64,000 bases of DNA from Chiloscyllium plagiosum. Taxonomy: Eukaryota. The stretch covers positions 26,618,070 to 26,682,069 of the forward strand of contig NC_057746.1 of NCBI RefSeq assembly GCF_004010195.1, in the 5' to 3' direction. The first letter of the stretch is position 1. Every line of letters starts with the position of its first letter. A program made the translations under genes and the position numbers. The notes under the pieces are model-generated. The model had not been told where the DNA came from and did no database searches. It saw nothing but the letters and a program-made list of their open reading frames with translations. Shown here one piece after another: positions 1 to 12,273 of the stretch.

Positions 1-59
1 CTACGATGCCACTGAGTCTGAACTTTTAAGGAACATATCATAAAAGGAAACCGAGCCAC

Positions 60-500
60 GGGAGAAACTGCACAGAAGATTTACAGGATAATTGCAAAAT
101 GGGATGGGGGAGGTGAGTATAAATATCAGGAGGGAGTTGACAGGCTGGGTTAGTTTCTTTCTTTTGAAAAATCGAACGTAGTGGGGGTTGGCCTAACATG
201 ATTTTTAAACTTATGAAACGTTTTAATAGAAAAGATACGGGGACTATGTTCCCTCTTGTGAGGAAACACTGAACTAGAGCCTACAAATATAAAATATTGA
301 AAAAAATAATCTAACATGGAACTCAGAAATAAGTTCTTTACCAAAGTATGCCAAGAATTTAGAACCATGGGGCATGGTTGAAGCCAATACCATAGATGTC
401 AGACTCATGTGAGAGATGGGAATAGAGAGTTATGATGATATGGAAGAATTGCAGGAGACTCAAGTGGAGAGTAAACAATTGCATAGATTGTTTGGGTTGA
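60..500 (+). mobile_element. Highly decayed CR1 LINE 3' fragment
   Basis: Degenerate matches to CR1 ORF2 C-terminus/3' UTR wording seen in younger copies in this window (cagaagatttaca..., gacaggctgggt..., tttaaacttatga). Boundaries approximate. Confidence 0.45.
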
Positions 501-1235
501 TAACCTGCTTAAATGATGTTTATTCAATGTGTATTCCACCAAAAAGATACGTCATCATTACTTCAACATCGCAAGACACAACCTCCCTATCTAAGAGCAC
601 TTTAGCAGTACCTTTACATAGATTGTTCAAGAGAGCAGCTTGGTGTCACTTTCTCGTAGACAGTTAGTAGTGTGCAATACGTTTTAGTCCTGTCAGTCAT
701 GCTCACGTTCTGCCAGTCAACGAATTACAAATATGGCCTGAATATTAAGATGGGATTGAAAGGTAGATGGTTGGCTTCTGTGTAAATGTAATCATGATTC
801 ATGCTAGTAAAATGAATGTCAGAATGGGATGAACCTGGTTTAGCGTGTACATCGGTCAAGAAATCAGGAAGTAGTGCTTATCATTGAGATGCATTTTTTG
901 GGGGTGTGGGGAAAAGAGCAGAAACTAATGAGGGGCCAAGCTTCAGGGAATGATAGAGACAACACTGTGATAATACGGTGTTATAGGCAAAGGAATGTTG
1001 TCGGCAATTAGGCAGCTGAAGAGATGTCCCTTATCTTTCAGAGAAATAGATTCACCTGTTTTTCTTACAGAAGCGAGAGTCAGTGGTGGGAAAGATTGTT
1101 CAAATTGGTATGGAAAAAGAGATTATAGTGATTATTTATTTCTACAATGCTCCTATTGTGTAGCTCATTTCTAAAAAAGGAAAGCAGACTCTTTGAGAGT
1201 TTAATGGGGTATCTCGAAGTAATTAGGCAACCCAT

Positions 1236-1265
1236 TTATGTTCTGCATATTGGATCATATTTAAT
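1236..1265 (-). CDS. Candidate terminal exon of gene A (IKYDPICRT*), ITIM-like; one of several possible ends
   Basis: Minus-strand acceptor tcacttctttAG (AG at 1266-1267). Phase 0 matches the preceding micro-exon, reads ATT AAA TAT GAT CCA ATA TGC AGA ACA TAA. AATAAA on minus at 1135-1140. Acceptor is weak and competing phase-0 acceptors exist. Confidence 0.2.
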   Translation of the reverse strand: MKYDPICRT

Positions 1266-1399
1266 CTAAAGAAGTGACTATGGGCACCATGTGAAGTTAA
1301 TACTATCCAATTATAAACATTTCCACAAAACCAATTCATTGCAGAACCGAAACTTCCTGGTTCCAGAAAAATAATATCCCTTAGCTCTTGGTGTTCTCT

Positions 1400-1940
1400 C
1401 CAGAGGTACAGAGGCAGGAGGCGTGGAATGAAGTGGGGCGACCAGCAGGCTGAAGACCTTGGTGGAGTGGGGATAGCCAGTGGGCTGGAGTTCATGTCGA
1501 GTGGGGATGGCCAACAGGCTGGAGGCCCAGGGCAGAGCAGGAGCAGGACCAGGCAGCGACTGGAGGTGAGCAGAGTGGGAACGGCCAGGGGGCTGCAGGC
1601 CTGAGTAGAGAGGTTGGTTGTTGGACTGGGGACTGGTGTGGGTTAATGACTTGAGAGAGCCCGGGCAGACCCTTTATGGAAGCCCTCTGCACTCACCTAC
1701 TGAAAGATTGTAATGCTTATCTTTTTAATTTTATTCTAATTTTTCTAACCTACTATGAACAACTGTAAGCAATGCAACTTTTTGCTGTCTTTTTGCCTTT
1801 ATTTCTATTTTTTGTATCTGAGATCTATACCTAGGTACTTTATACCTAAGATGGTGCCATGTGAAGTTACACTGTAAATATTTCACTGTACCCCTGTACT
1901 TCCATACTTAAGTACATCTGACAATAAAGGATATTCTATT
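1400..1940 (+). repeat. Unclassified interspersed repeat, 3' end
   Basis: GC-rich block, then T-rich segment ending ttcactgtac...tacatctgacaataaaggatattctattc, resembling a non-LTR element 3' end. Family not determined. Confidence 0.3.
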
Positions 1941-3266
1941 CAAGGTAAATTTTCCCCTATCTGCTTGACCATCACTACAAAATTAAAAAGTCATGATAGC
2001 AAGGCCCTTATGGTTGAAGTCTACTGATTTAGTAACACACCATACCACTATTTTGACTGTCTTCAACACTTAGAAGCATAGAGATTTACAGCACAGATAT
2101 AGACACTTCTGTCCAACTGGTCCATCCCGACCAGATATCCTAAATTAATCTAGTCCAATTAGCCAGCACTTGGCCCATATCCCTATAAACCCTTTCTATT
2201 CATGTGCCCATCCAGATGCCTTTTAAATATTGTAATTGTACCAGCCTCCACCACTTCCTCTGGACGCTCATTCCATACACGCACCACTTTTTGTGTGAAA
2301 AAAAAAAGCCTCTTAGTTCCCTTTTAAATTTTTCTCCTGCTCTGAGTTGCCTTTCCAAAATACAGCACCTCACATTTATCTAAATAAAACTTCTCGGCCC
2401 ATTGGCTCACCTGATCAAGATCCCGTTGTACACTGAGGTAGCCTTTGATGTCCACTATACCTCCAATTTTTGTATAATCTGCAAATTTACTAACTATACC
2501 TCCTATGTTCACATCTAAATCATTTACATAAATGATGGTAAGCAGTAGACCCAGCACCGATGGCACACCAATGGTCATAGGCCTCCAATCTGAAAAGCAA
2601 CCCTCCTCCACCACGCTCTGTCTTCTACCTTCGAGCCAGTTCTGTATCCAAATGGCTAATTCTCCCTGTATTCTATTTGATCTAACCTTGCTAACCTGTC
2701 TACCATGAGGAACATTGATGAATAACTTACTGAAGTCCATTTAGATGATATTCATCCCTCTGCCCTCATATATCCTTTTCGTTACTTCATCAAAAACTCA
2801 CTGAAGCTAGTGAGACATAATTTCCCAAGCACAAAACCATGTTGACTATCTTTTATCAGTCCTTGCCTATCCAAATACATATCAATCCTGTCCCTCAGGA
2901 TTCTCTCCAACAACCTGCCCACCACTGATGTCAGGCGCACTCGTCTATAGTTCCGTGGCTTTTCCTTGCCACCTTCCTTAAATAGTGGCACCACATTAGC
3001 CAAACTCCAGTCTCTGGCACCACACCTGAGATGATTGGTGATACAAATATCTCACCAAGGGGCCGAGCAATCATTTCCCTAGCTTTCACACAGTTCAAGG
3101 GTACACCTGATCAGATCCTGGGGATTGATTTAACTTTATGTATGTTGAGACATCTAGCACCTCCTCCTCAGTTATATGGACATTTTTCAAGATCTCACCG
3201 TCTATTTCCCCACATTGTATATCTTCCATGTTCTTCTCCACAACTGGCATTCCTCCAATTTAGAAC

Positions 3267-3482
3267 GATTCGGAGATGCCGGTGTTGGACTGGGGTGTAC
3301 AAAGTTAAAAATCACACAACACCAGGTTCTAGTCCAACAGGTTTAATTGGAAGCACACTAGCTTTCAGAGCGACGCTCCTTCATCAGGTGATTGTCACCT
3401 GATGAAGGAGCGTCGCTCCGAAAGCTAGTGTGCTTCCAATTAAACCTGTTGGACTATAACCTGGTGTTGTGTGATTTTTAAC
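3267..3482. mobile_element. Penelope-like element remnant (family A), inverted-repeat structure
   Basis: 88-bp inverted arms 3304-3391 and 3395-3482 (2 mismatches). About 12-bp target duplication ccaatttagaac (3255-3266) / ccaatttaaaac (3482-3493). Inserted into the CR1. Confidence 0.8.
3396..3430 (+). ncRNA. Minimal hammerhead ribozyme motif (PLE family A)
   Basis: CAC-CUGAUGA-A-GGAGC(GUC)GCUCC-GAAA-GC-UA/GUG: catalytic-core boxes, stem II, 3-bp stem I and palindromic AGCU in place of stem III. Mirror copy on minus at 3356-3390. Confidence 0.55.
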
Positions 3483-4479
3483 CAATTTAAAACATTAGCT
3501 TTTAGATCCTGTCTATCCTTTTTCATCACTATTCTAAAACTAATAGAATTATGGTCGCTGGCTCCAAAGTCCTCTCCCACTGACACCTTAGTCACTTGTG
3601 CTGCTTTAGTTCCTAAGAGTAAGTCAACGTTTGCACCTTCTCTAGTAGATACATCCTCATACTGAAGCAGAAACTTTACTTGTCCAGACTTAACAAATTC
3701 CTCTCCATCTAAACTCTTGACACTATGGCAGTCCCAGTCTACATTGGAAAGTTAAAATTCGCTACTGTAACCAGCCTACTCCTCTTACAGATAACTGGGA
3801 TCTTCTTACAAATTAGTTTCTCAATTTCCCACTGGCTATTGGGAGGTCTGTAGTACAATCCCAATAAGGTGATTATCCCTTTCTTATTTCTCAACTCCAC
3901 TTAAATAACTTCCCTGGATGTATTCCCAGAAATATCATCCCTAATTACAGCTGTAATATTATCTCATATCAAAAACATTATACCCCTCCTCTCTTGCCAG
4001 CATTTCTATCCTTGCTGTAACCTTCGTATCCAGGAATATTAAGCTGCCAATCCTGTCCAACCCTGAGCCACGTCTCTGTGATTGATATGATATTCCAGTC
4101 CCTCTACACCAAATAGTTTTCTGGGGAGCATTATGGGTGCAGTGAGTCAATTTCCACTGGAAGTTACCAACCTTAAGTCTAAGAGAAGGAGAAAATGCAG
4201 CTCATTACGCTGGGCTACAGGTAATATGGGCCATAATACGAAGACAGCACGTCTCCTTAAACATTTACTAGTGCTTTTATTCGGACTTGTTTCATTTTAC
4301 TGGAATTCACTATCACTGTCATCGTTGTGTTAAGTGTATGTGACAGTTGAAAACATTTGCAAGCAGATTTAGCATATATGATAGTGAGGAGAAAAACTCC
4401 ATCGCTGGAGATGATCTTTGACAAATTACTGGAAGTTCATTGCACATACCAAAGCAGCTTAATATAAAAATGTTCTTAC

Positions 4480-4508
4480 TTGTGCTGTTTGCTCTAGGTT
4501 GGGAACTG
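4480..4508 (-). CDS. Gene A cytoplasmic micro-exon 3 ((A)VPNLEQTAQ), 29 nt
   Basis: ctctatttccacAG | CAGTTCCCAACCTAGAGCAAACAGCACAA | GTAAGA. Phase 1 to 0, compatible with the preceding exon. Confidence 0.55.
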
Positions 4509-4894
4509 CTGTGGAAATAGAGGTTTGAGATGTGTAAGTATCAGAGTTTTACTATGGAACACATGCACAAATACAGTGCTGCACACAAGAAAATACACAC
4601 TAGCACATACACACGCAAACACATGTGCCAGAAATGAAACCCAAGATCTCAGAAGAAGATAATGAGACGATGGCGAACTTATGGAAAGGTGAGCCAGAAG
4701 CAGACATCAGGATTTAAAGAAGAGTTGGATAATCTCCCAGTTGGAAAAGGAATTTGGGATTATCAGTTGTAAGATGTTTAGAAGAGTAGGTTAGATCCTC
4801 CATACATGTCACGTTATTGTTCGTAGAATGGGAGGTAGGACTATTGTTGTATTAACTCAGAATTCTTCACACGTTTGAATTTTATATCTTCAGC

Positions 4895-5195
4895 ACAGTA
4901 GCTCTGTGGTCAGCATTGCTGCCTCACAGTGCCAGGGACCCAGGTTCGAATCCCCTGTCTATGCTGAGTTTGCACATTCTCCCTATGTCTGCGTGGATTT
5001 CCTTTGGGTACAGTGATTTCCTCTGGGTACAGTGATTTCCTCCCACAGCCCAGTGATGTGATGGTTAGGTGGACTGGCCATGGGAAATGTAGGAATAGCG
5101 CAGGGAGTGGGTCTGGGTGGGACATTCTTCAGAGGGTCGGAGTGGACTCAATGGTCCAACTGGTCTGCTTCCACACTGCAGGGATTCTATTGTAC
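4895..5195 (+). mobile_element. HE1-type tRNA-derived SINE
   Basis: tggtcagcattgctgcctcacagtgccagggacccaggttcgaatcc head (B box), gagtttgcacattctccc body, CR1-like 3' tail. Confidence 0.8.
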
Positions 5196-5371
5196 ATGAA
5201 CATGCTAATACTCAGGCACATGCACAAAGACACAAGAGTTGCAACAAAAAGGTGAAAACAAATCCACTTAAAAAAATCTATAAATATATGTTAATTCTTA
5301 TTTTGTTTTATTAAGCAATAATGACAATTAGTGCAAAATACATCAAGTAAATGATATTTAGATTCACATAC

Positions 5372-5400
5372 CATACGTTGTATTGGTTGCACTGTTATCT
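5372..5400 (-). CDS. Gene A cytoplasmic micro-exon 2 ((R)DNSATNTTY), 29 nt
   Basis: gttttgcttattacAG | AGATAACAGTGCAACCAATACAACGTATG | GTATGT. Phase 2 to 1; 99-nt intron to the previous exon. Confidence 0.6.
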
Positions 5401-5499
5401 CTGTAATAAGCAAAACACTTGATATTTGAATTTAAAATTATGCAAATTATGATCTGAATAATCATCATCAAATCAATAATATAATTTAAGTCTGTGTAC

Positions 5500-5518
5500 C
5501 TTTTCAGCCTCAAGATTA
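5500..5518 (-). CDS. Gene A cytoplasmic micro-exon 1 ((V)ILRLK), 19 nt
   Basis: ctaatttatcttccAG | TAATCTTGAGGCTGAAAAG | GTACAC. Phase 1 to 2, in frame with the TM exon; gives a basic juxtamembrane stretch. Confidence 0.6.
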
Positions 5519-5639
5519 CTGGAAGATAAATTAGATAGTCATTAATTTAATTGTTTTAAATTCATTATTTTAAATGTTTTAAACTCATTACTTCGCAGAT
5601 GTGTTTCTTATTAACATACGGCTAAATGATCATGAACAC

Positions 5640-8600
5640 TCCTGAGAGAAGGCAAGGCTGTGGCCTTTAAGGATTGGATTCTGGGTAATCCAAGATGGAG
5701 GACAGGAAAAACTTCTGGCTGTAAAGCTGCTCCTTTTTTTGAGGTATTTTAGGTGTTGGAGGTGATTTCCTCGAATTCCAGGAACAGCAATTATTGTTTT
5801 GTATGCACATTGTTTTGGAACTTTGGAAAAAAAAGTCCAAACAACAGCAGATTTAAAAGGGAGAAGAGCAGACAAAGGAAGCACATGGTGAGGACAGTGC
5901 AGGAGAAAGAGAGAGAGAGAGAACCTGCACAGTTACTGCCTTTGCTGTTTTTGAATTTGTGTATCGCTAGACATCGGAGTGCATCTGGGAAAATTAACAA
6001 ACAGTGAAATTCACAACTAATATTGGAGGAACTGTTGGGTGAAGTTCACAGCACAGAATCAGATAAGTTAATTGTTGTTTTAAGTCTGTCCAAGAGAAAG
6101 ACTGTATTAGTGAGTACAGTGGGTTCTTTCTTGATTAATGTTTTTGGAGATAATCTCTTGATTAAACTTAAAATATAAGCCATTAATAAGCTATTAATTT
6201 AACCAGGGGCAGTGTTTGAAGAGAAATAAGATGGTGTTATTTTTTGGGTCTGTAGATTGTGAAGGAGCAAAAATGGCTTTTGCAGTGATATGTACTTCTT
6301 GTCAGATGTGGGAGTTTAAAGAGAGTTTAAGGGTTACTGTGGATTATATCTGCCATAAATGCTGTTGGATGTGAATCTTATCAGATCGAGTGGATCGGTT
6401 GGAGAGACAGATAGAAGCGATGAGGAATTTGCAACAGCAACAGTATGTGATGGATGGCAGTTATAGAAACGGGGGAAAGTCTCAGATACAGTCACATAGA
6501 TGGGTTAACTCCAGGAAGGGTAAGAGAGGTAGGCATCTAGTGCTGGAGTCTTTCGTGGATAAACCCATTTCAAACAGGTATGCTGTTTTGGAAAATGTAG
6601 GGGGTGATGGATTCACAGGGGAACGTAGCATGAACAGCCAATTGTCTGGTATTGAGACTGGCTCTAATTCAACAAGGAGTATGTCAGCTTCCAAGAGATC
6701 AATTGTGTTAGGGGATTCTGAAGACCGAGGTACAGACAGACGTTGCTGTGGCCAGCAGTGAAAAAGCAGAATGGTGTGTTGTTTCCCTGGTGCCAGGATC
6801 AAGGATGTCTCAGAGAGGGTGCAGAATGTTCTCACGGGGGAGAGGGGCCAGCAGGAGGTCATTGTCCACATTGGAACCAACGACATAGGAAGGACAAATG
6901 TTGAGATTCTGAAGGGAAATTACAGAGAGTTAGGCAGAAATATAAAAAGGAGGTCCTAAGGGTAGTAATATCTGGATTACTTCCAGTCCTACGAGCTAGT
7001 AAGGGCAGGAATAGGAGGATAGAGAAGATGAATGCATGGCTGAGGAGCTGGTTTACGGGAGGAGGATTCACATTTTTTGATCATTGGAATCTCTTTTGGG
7101 GTAGATGTGACCTGTACAAGAAGGGCGGATTGCACCTAAATTGGAAGGGGACTAATATATTGGCAGGGAAATTTGCGAGAACTGCTTGGGAGATTTAAAC
7201 TAGTAAGGTGGTTGGGGGGTGGGTGGCCCAGGGAGATAGTGAGGAAAGAGATCGATCTGAGACGGGTACAGCTGAGAACAGAAGTGAGTCAAACAGTCAG
7301 GGCGGGCAGGGACAAGGTAGGACTAATAAATTAAACTGCATTTATTTCAATGCAAGGGGTCTAACAGGGAAGGCAGATGAATTCAGAGCGTGGTTAGGAA
7401 CATGGGATTGGGATATCATAGCAATTACAGAAACATAGCTCAGGGATGGGCAGGACTGGCAGCTTATTGTTCCAGGATACAAATGCTACAGGAAGGATAG
7501 AAAGGGAGGCAAGAGAGGAGGGGGAGTGGCATTTTTGATAAGGGATACATTACTGCTATGCTAACGGAGGAAATTCCCGGAAATACATCCAGGGAAGTTA
7601 TTTGGGTGGAACTGAGGAATAAGAAAGGGATGATCACCTTATTGGTATTGTCTTATAGACCCCCCAATAGTCAGAGGGAAATTGAGAAACAAACTTGTAA
7701 GGAGATCTTAGCTATCTGTAAGAATAATAGGATAGTTATGGTAGGGGATTTTAACTTTCCAAACATCGACTGGTACTGCCATAGTGTTAAAGGTTTAGAT
7801 GGAGAGGAATTTGTTAAGTGTGTATAAAGACACTTTTCTGGTTCAGTGTGTGGATGTACCTACCAGAGAAGGTGCAAAACTTTACCTACTCTTGGGAAAT
7901 AAGGCAGAGCAGGTGACTGAGGTTTCAGTGGGGGAGCACTTTGGGGCCAGCGACCATAATTCTATTCATTTTAAAATAGTGATGGAAAAGGATAGACCAG
8001 ATCTAAAAGTTGAAGTTCTAAATTGGGGAAAGGTCAATTTTGACGGTAGTAGGCAAGAACTTTCGAAAGTTGATTGGGGGCAGGTGTTCGCAGGTAAAGG
8101 GACGGCTGGTAAATGGGAAGCCTTCAGAAATGAGATAACAAGAATCCAGAGAAAGTATATTCTTGTCAGGGAAGGCTGGTAGGTATAGGGAATGTTGAAT
8201 GACTAAAGAAATTGAGGGTTTGGTTAAGAAAAAGAAGCAAGCATATGTGAGGTATAGACAGGATAGATCGAGTGAATCCTTCGAAGTGTATGAAGGAAGT
8301 AGGAGTATAGTTAACCCCAGGACCTGATCAGGTGTAGCCTTGAACTCTGTGGGAAGCTAGAGAAGTGATTGATGGTCCTCTCGCTGAGATATTTGTCCAT
8401 CAATTGTCACAGGTGAGGTGCCGGAAGACTGGAGGTTGGCAAACGTGGTGCCAGTGTTTAAGAAGGGCGGTAAATGACAAGCCAGGAACTACAGACTGGT
8501 GAGCTGGACCTCAATGGTGGGCAGGTTGTTGGAGGGAGTCCTGAGGTAACAATGAAGATTGAGGAGGGCAGAGCAGTAGTTGTGATCTATATGGACTTCA

Positions 8601-9792
8601 GTAAGGCATTCGACTAGGTTCCCCATGGGAGACTGATTAGCAAGGTTAGATCTCATGGAATACAGGGAGAACTAGCCATTTGGATACAGAACTGGCTCAA
8701 AGGTAGAAGACGGAGAGTGGTGACGGAGGATTGTATTTCACACTGGAGGCCTGTGACCAGTGGAGTGCCACAAGGATCGGTGCTCGGTCCTCTACATTTT
8801 GTCATTTACATAAGTGATTTGGATGCAAGCATAAGAGGTACAGTTAGTAAGTTTGCAGATGACACCAAAATTGGAGGTGTAATTGAAGAGGGTTGCCTCA
8901 GATTACAACAGGATCTGGTCCAGATGGGCCAATGGGCTGAGAAGTGGCAGATGGGGTTTAATTCAGATAAATGCGAGATGCTGCACTTTGGGAAATCAAA
9001 CCTAAGCAGGACTTATACACTTAATGGTAAGGTCCTAGAGAGTGTTGCTGAACAAAGATACCTTGGAGTCGAGGTTCATATTTCCTTGAAAGTAGTGTCG
9101 CAGGTAGATAGGATAGTGAATAAGGCATTGGTATGCTTTCCTTTATTGGTCAGAGTATTGAATACAGGAGTTGGGAGGTCATGTTGCGGCTGTACAGGAC
9201 ATTGGTTAGGCCACTGTTGGAATATTATGTGCAATTCTGGTCTCCTTCATATCGGAAAGATGTTGTGAAACTTGAATGGGTTCAGAAAAGATTTACAAGG
9301 ATGTTGCCAGGGTTAGAGGATTTGAGCTACAGGGAGAGGCTGAACAGGCAGGGGCTGTTTTCCCTGGAGCGTTGGAGGCTGAGAAGTGACCTGTTCGAGG
9401 TTTACAAAATTATGAGGGACATGATAGGGTAATAGGCAAAGTCTTTTCTCTTTGGTCGGGGAGTCCAGAACTAGAGGGCATAGGTTTAGGGTGAGAGGGG
9501 AAAGATATAAAAGATTAGGGTGAGAGGGGAAAGATATAAAAGAGACCTAAGGGGCAACCTTTTCATGCAAAGGGTGGTACTTGTATGGAATGAGCTGCCA
9601 GAGGATGTGGTGGAGGCTGGTACAATTGCAACATTTAAGAGGCATTTGGATGGGTATATGAATAGGAAGGGTTTGGAGGGATATGGGCCGGGTGCTGGCA
9701 GGTGGGACTAGATTGGGTTGGAATATCTGGTCAGCATGGAGAGGTTGGACTGAAGGGTCTGTTTCCATGCTGTACATCTTTATGACTCTATG
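5640..9792 (+). mobile_element. Long CR1 LINE with 5' UTR, ORF1 (Cys motif plus SGNH esterase) and disrupted ORF2 (EN-RT)
   Basis: ORF1 from ~6273: CTSCQMWE...CHKC, VLGDS, CFPGA, VHIGTND. ORF2: CIYFNARGL, YRPPN, VGDFNFP, GVPQGSVLGP, FADDTK. 3' tail atgactctatg. Stops, frameshifts and two internal deletions. Confidence 0.92.
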
Positions 9793-10027
9793 GCTTATTC
9801 TGATGACCATTTACAAATGGAGCCCAACGATTATGTGGGTTGCGCTTCCTTAAATCATGACTGGAGAAACTACAGCTACGTAGTTGGATCAGAGAGGCAG
9901 GAATAGTACACTTTAAATTAGAGAAAATTGAGAAGAAACTTGAAAAGGTATCAAAAAAAGCGGCGATAGGACATTCTAGATTTGCAAAATATTTCTAACG
10001 TTGGAAGGAAAGAGTGACAGCACAGAT

Positions 10028-11797
10028 AGGGAGAGAGTAGGGCCTCTCAAAGATCAGCAAGGCTGACTTTGTGTGGAGATGGAGGAAATTGGAGAGACAC
10101 CAAACGAGTATTTTGCATCAGTATTTACTGTGGAAAAGGACATGGAAGATATAGAATGTAGGGAAATAGATGCTGACATCTTGAAAAATGTCTATATTAC
10201 AGAGGAGGAAATGCTGGATGTCTTGAAACACATAAAAATGGATAAGTCCCCAGAACCTGATCAGGTGTACCCTCGAACTCTGCCGGAATCTAGGGAAGTG
10301 ATTGTTGGGCCTCTTGCTGAGATATTTGTCTCATCAACAGTCACAGGTGACGTGCTAGAAGACTGGAGGTTGGTAAAGGTGGTGCCACAGTTTAAGAAAG
10401 GTGGTAAGGACAAGCCAGGGAGCTATAGACCAGTGAGCCTGACGTCAGGGGTGGGCAAATTGTTGGAGGGAATCCTGAGGGACAGGATGTACATGTATTT
10501 GGAAAGGCAAGGACTGATTCGGGATAGTCAACATGGCTTTATGCGTGGGAAATCATGTCTCACAAACTTGATTCAGTTTTTTTGAAGAAGTAACAAAGAG
10601 GATTGATGAGGGCAGAGCGGTAGATGTGCTCTATATGTACTTCAGTGAGACATTCGACAAGGTTCCCCATGGGACACTGGTGAGCAAGGTTAGATCTCAC
10701 AGAATACAGGGAGAACTAGCCATTTGGATACAGAACTAGCTCAAAGATAGAAGACGGAGAGTGGTGATGGACGGTTATTTTTCAGACTGGAGGCCTGTGA
10801 CCAGTGGAGTGCCACAAAGATCGGGTCCTTTACTTTTCATCATTTATGTTAATGATTTGGATGTGAGCATAAGAGGTATAGCTCGTACGTTTGCTGTTGA
10901 CACCAAAATTGGAGGTGTAGTGGACAGCGAAGAAGGTTACCTTAGATTACAATGGGATCTTGAACAGATAGGCCAATGGGCTAAGACGTGGTAGATAGAG
11001 TTTAATTCAGATAAATGTGAGGTGCTGCATTTTGGGAAAGCACATCTTAGCAGGACTTATACACTTCATGCTAAGGTCCTAGGGAGTGTTGCTGAACAAA
11101 GAGACCTTGGAATGCAGGTTCATAGCTCTTGAAAGTGGAGTCGCAGATAGATCGGATAGTGAAGAATGCGTTTGTTATCCTTTCCTTTATTGGTCAGATT
11201 ATTGAGTACAGGAGTTGGGAGGTCATGATGCGGCTGTACAAGACATTCGTTAGGCTGCTGTTGGAATATTGTGTGCAATTCTGGTCTCCTTCCGATCGGA
11301 AAGATGTTGTGAAACTTGAAAGGGTTCAGAAAAGATTTACAAGGATGTTGTCAGGGTTGGTGATTTTGATCTATACGAAGAGATGGAATAGGCTAAGGCT
11401 GTTTCTCCTGGAGAGTCGGAGGCTGAGGGGTGATCTTAAAGAGGTTTATAAAATCATGAGGGGCATGGATAGGGCAAATGGACAAAACTGTTTCCCTGGG
11501 GTGGGAGAGTTCAGAACTAGAGGACATATGTTTAGTGTGAGAGGAGATAGGTATAAAAGTGACGTAAGGGGCAACTTTTTTCACTCAGAGGGTGGTACAT
11601 GTATGGAATGAGATGCCAGAAGAAGTGGGGGAGGCTGGTACAATTGCAACATTTAAAAGGCATCTGCATGAGCATATGATTAGGAAGGGTTTGGAGGGAT
11701 ATAGGCCAAGTGCTGGCAGGTAGGAATGGATTGAGTTGGGAGCTCTGCTCGAAGGGTCTGTTTCTGTGCTGTACATCTCTATGACTCTATCGCTCTA
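10028..11797 (+). mobile_element. 5'-truncated CR1 LINE (RT)
   Basis: ORFs 10073-10585, 10761-10994, 11129-11611 (YRPVSLTS, SQHGF, GVPQ, LEYCVQFWSP); tail ctctatgactctat. Confidence 0.92.
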
Positions 11798-12153
11798 TTT
11801 AGGGTACTGGATAACAGAGCAAAGGTGGTATGAGGAGAAACCTTATTATGCAGCCAGATCACAGTTATATTCTGATATGCATTGTCTGAGAGCGCGCATT
11901 GTCTGAGGCTCAACTGAGGCATTCAAACGAGCATTGGATAATTATTTAGGTAGAAATAGTATGGTAGATACGAGGGAGAAGCAGTAGATTGGCACTAGAT
12001 AATGGAACTATTGCGGGCACGATGGGTTAAATGGTCTCATTCAATGCTGTAACAAGTTTGTGATTCTGTGATAGGGACCAGGGTAATTATCCAACACTAA
12101 GACAAAAGAATATTAGTTAAAAAGGTCCCAGCATGTTTGACAGAATTGCAAAC

Positions 12154-12273
12154 CTTTGTTTTGGTGGATAAGTCCAAACGTAAGAAACATTATAGCTATA
12201 ACCAGTAAGGTCACTGCACCTCCCAGTCCTAGGAATAAGTTGGTGTTCCCGCTATTTTTCTCCAACTCCTTGC
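12154..12273 (-). CDS. Gene A stalk/transmembrane exon, uncharged TM: (R)KELEKNSGNTNLFLGLGGAVTLLVIAIMFLTFGLIHQNK
   Basis: ttaaattcttatttcAG acceptor (12274-12275), 120 nt, phase 1-1, donor AAG|GTTTGC. 24-residue hydrophobic run with no K/R/D/E. In frame with the V exon; not in the ORF track. Confidence 0.8.

Larger units (their letters stand above)
2070..4110 (-). mobile_element. CR1 LINE, internally deleted (EN and RT fragments plus 3' UTR)
   Basis: Minus ORFs 2324-2740 (MDFSK, KFADYTKIGG) and 2782-3003 (NVVPLFK, NYRRVRLTS, DSQHGF). CR1 3' tail near 2070; endonuclease-like remnants 3490-4110. Confidence 0.85.
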
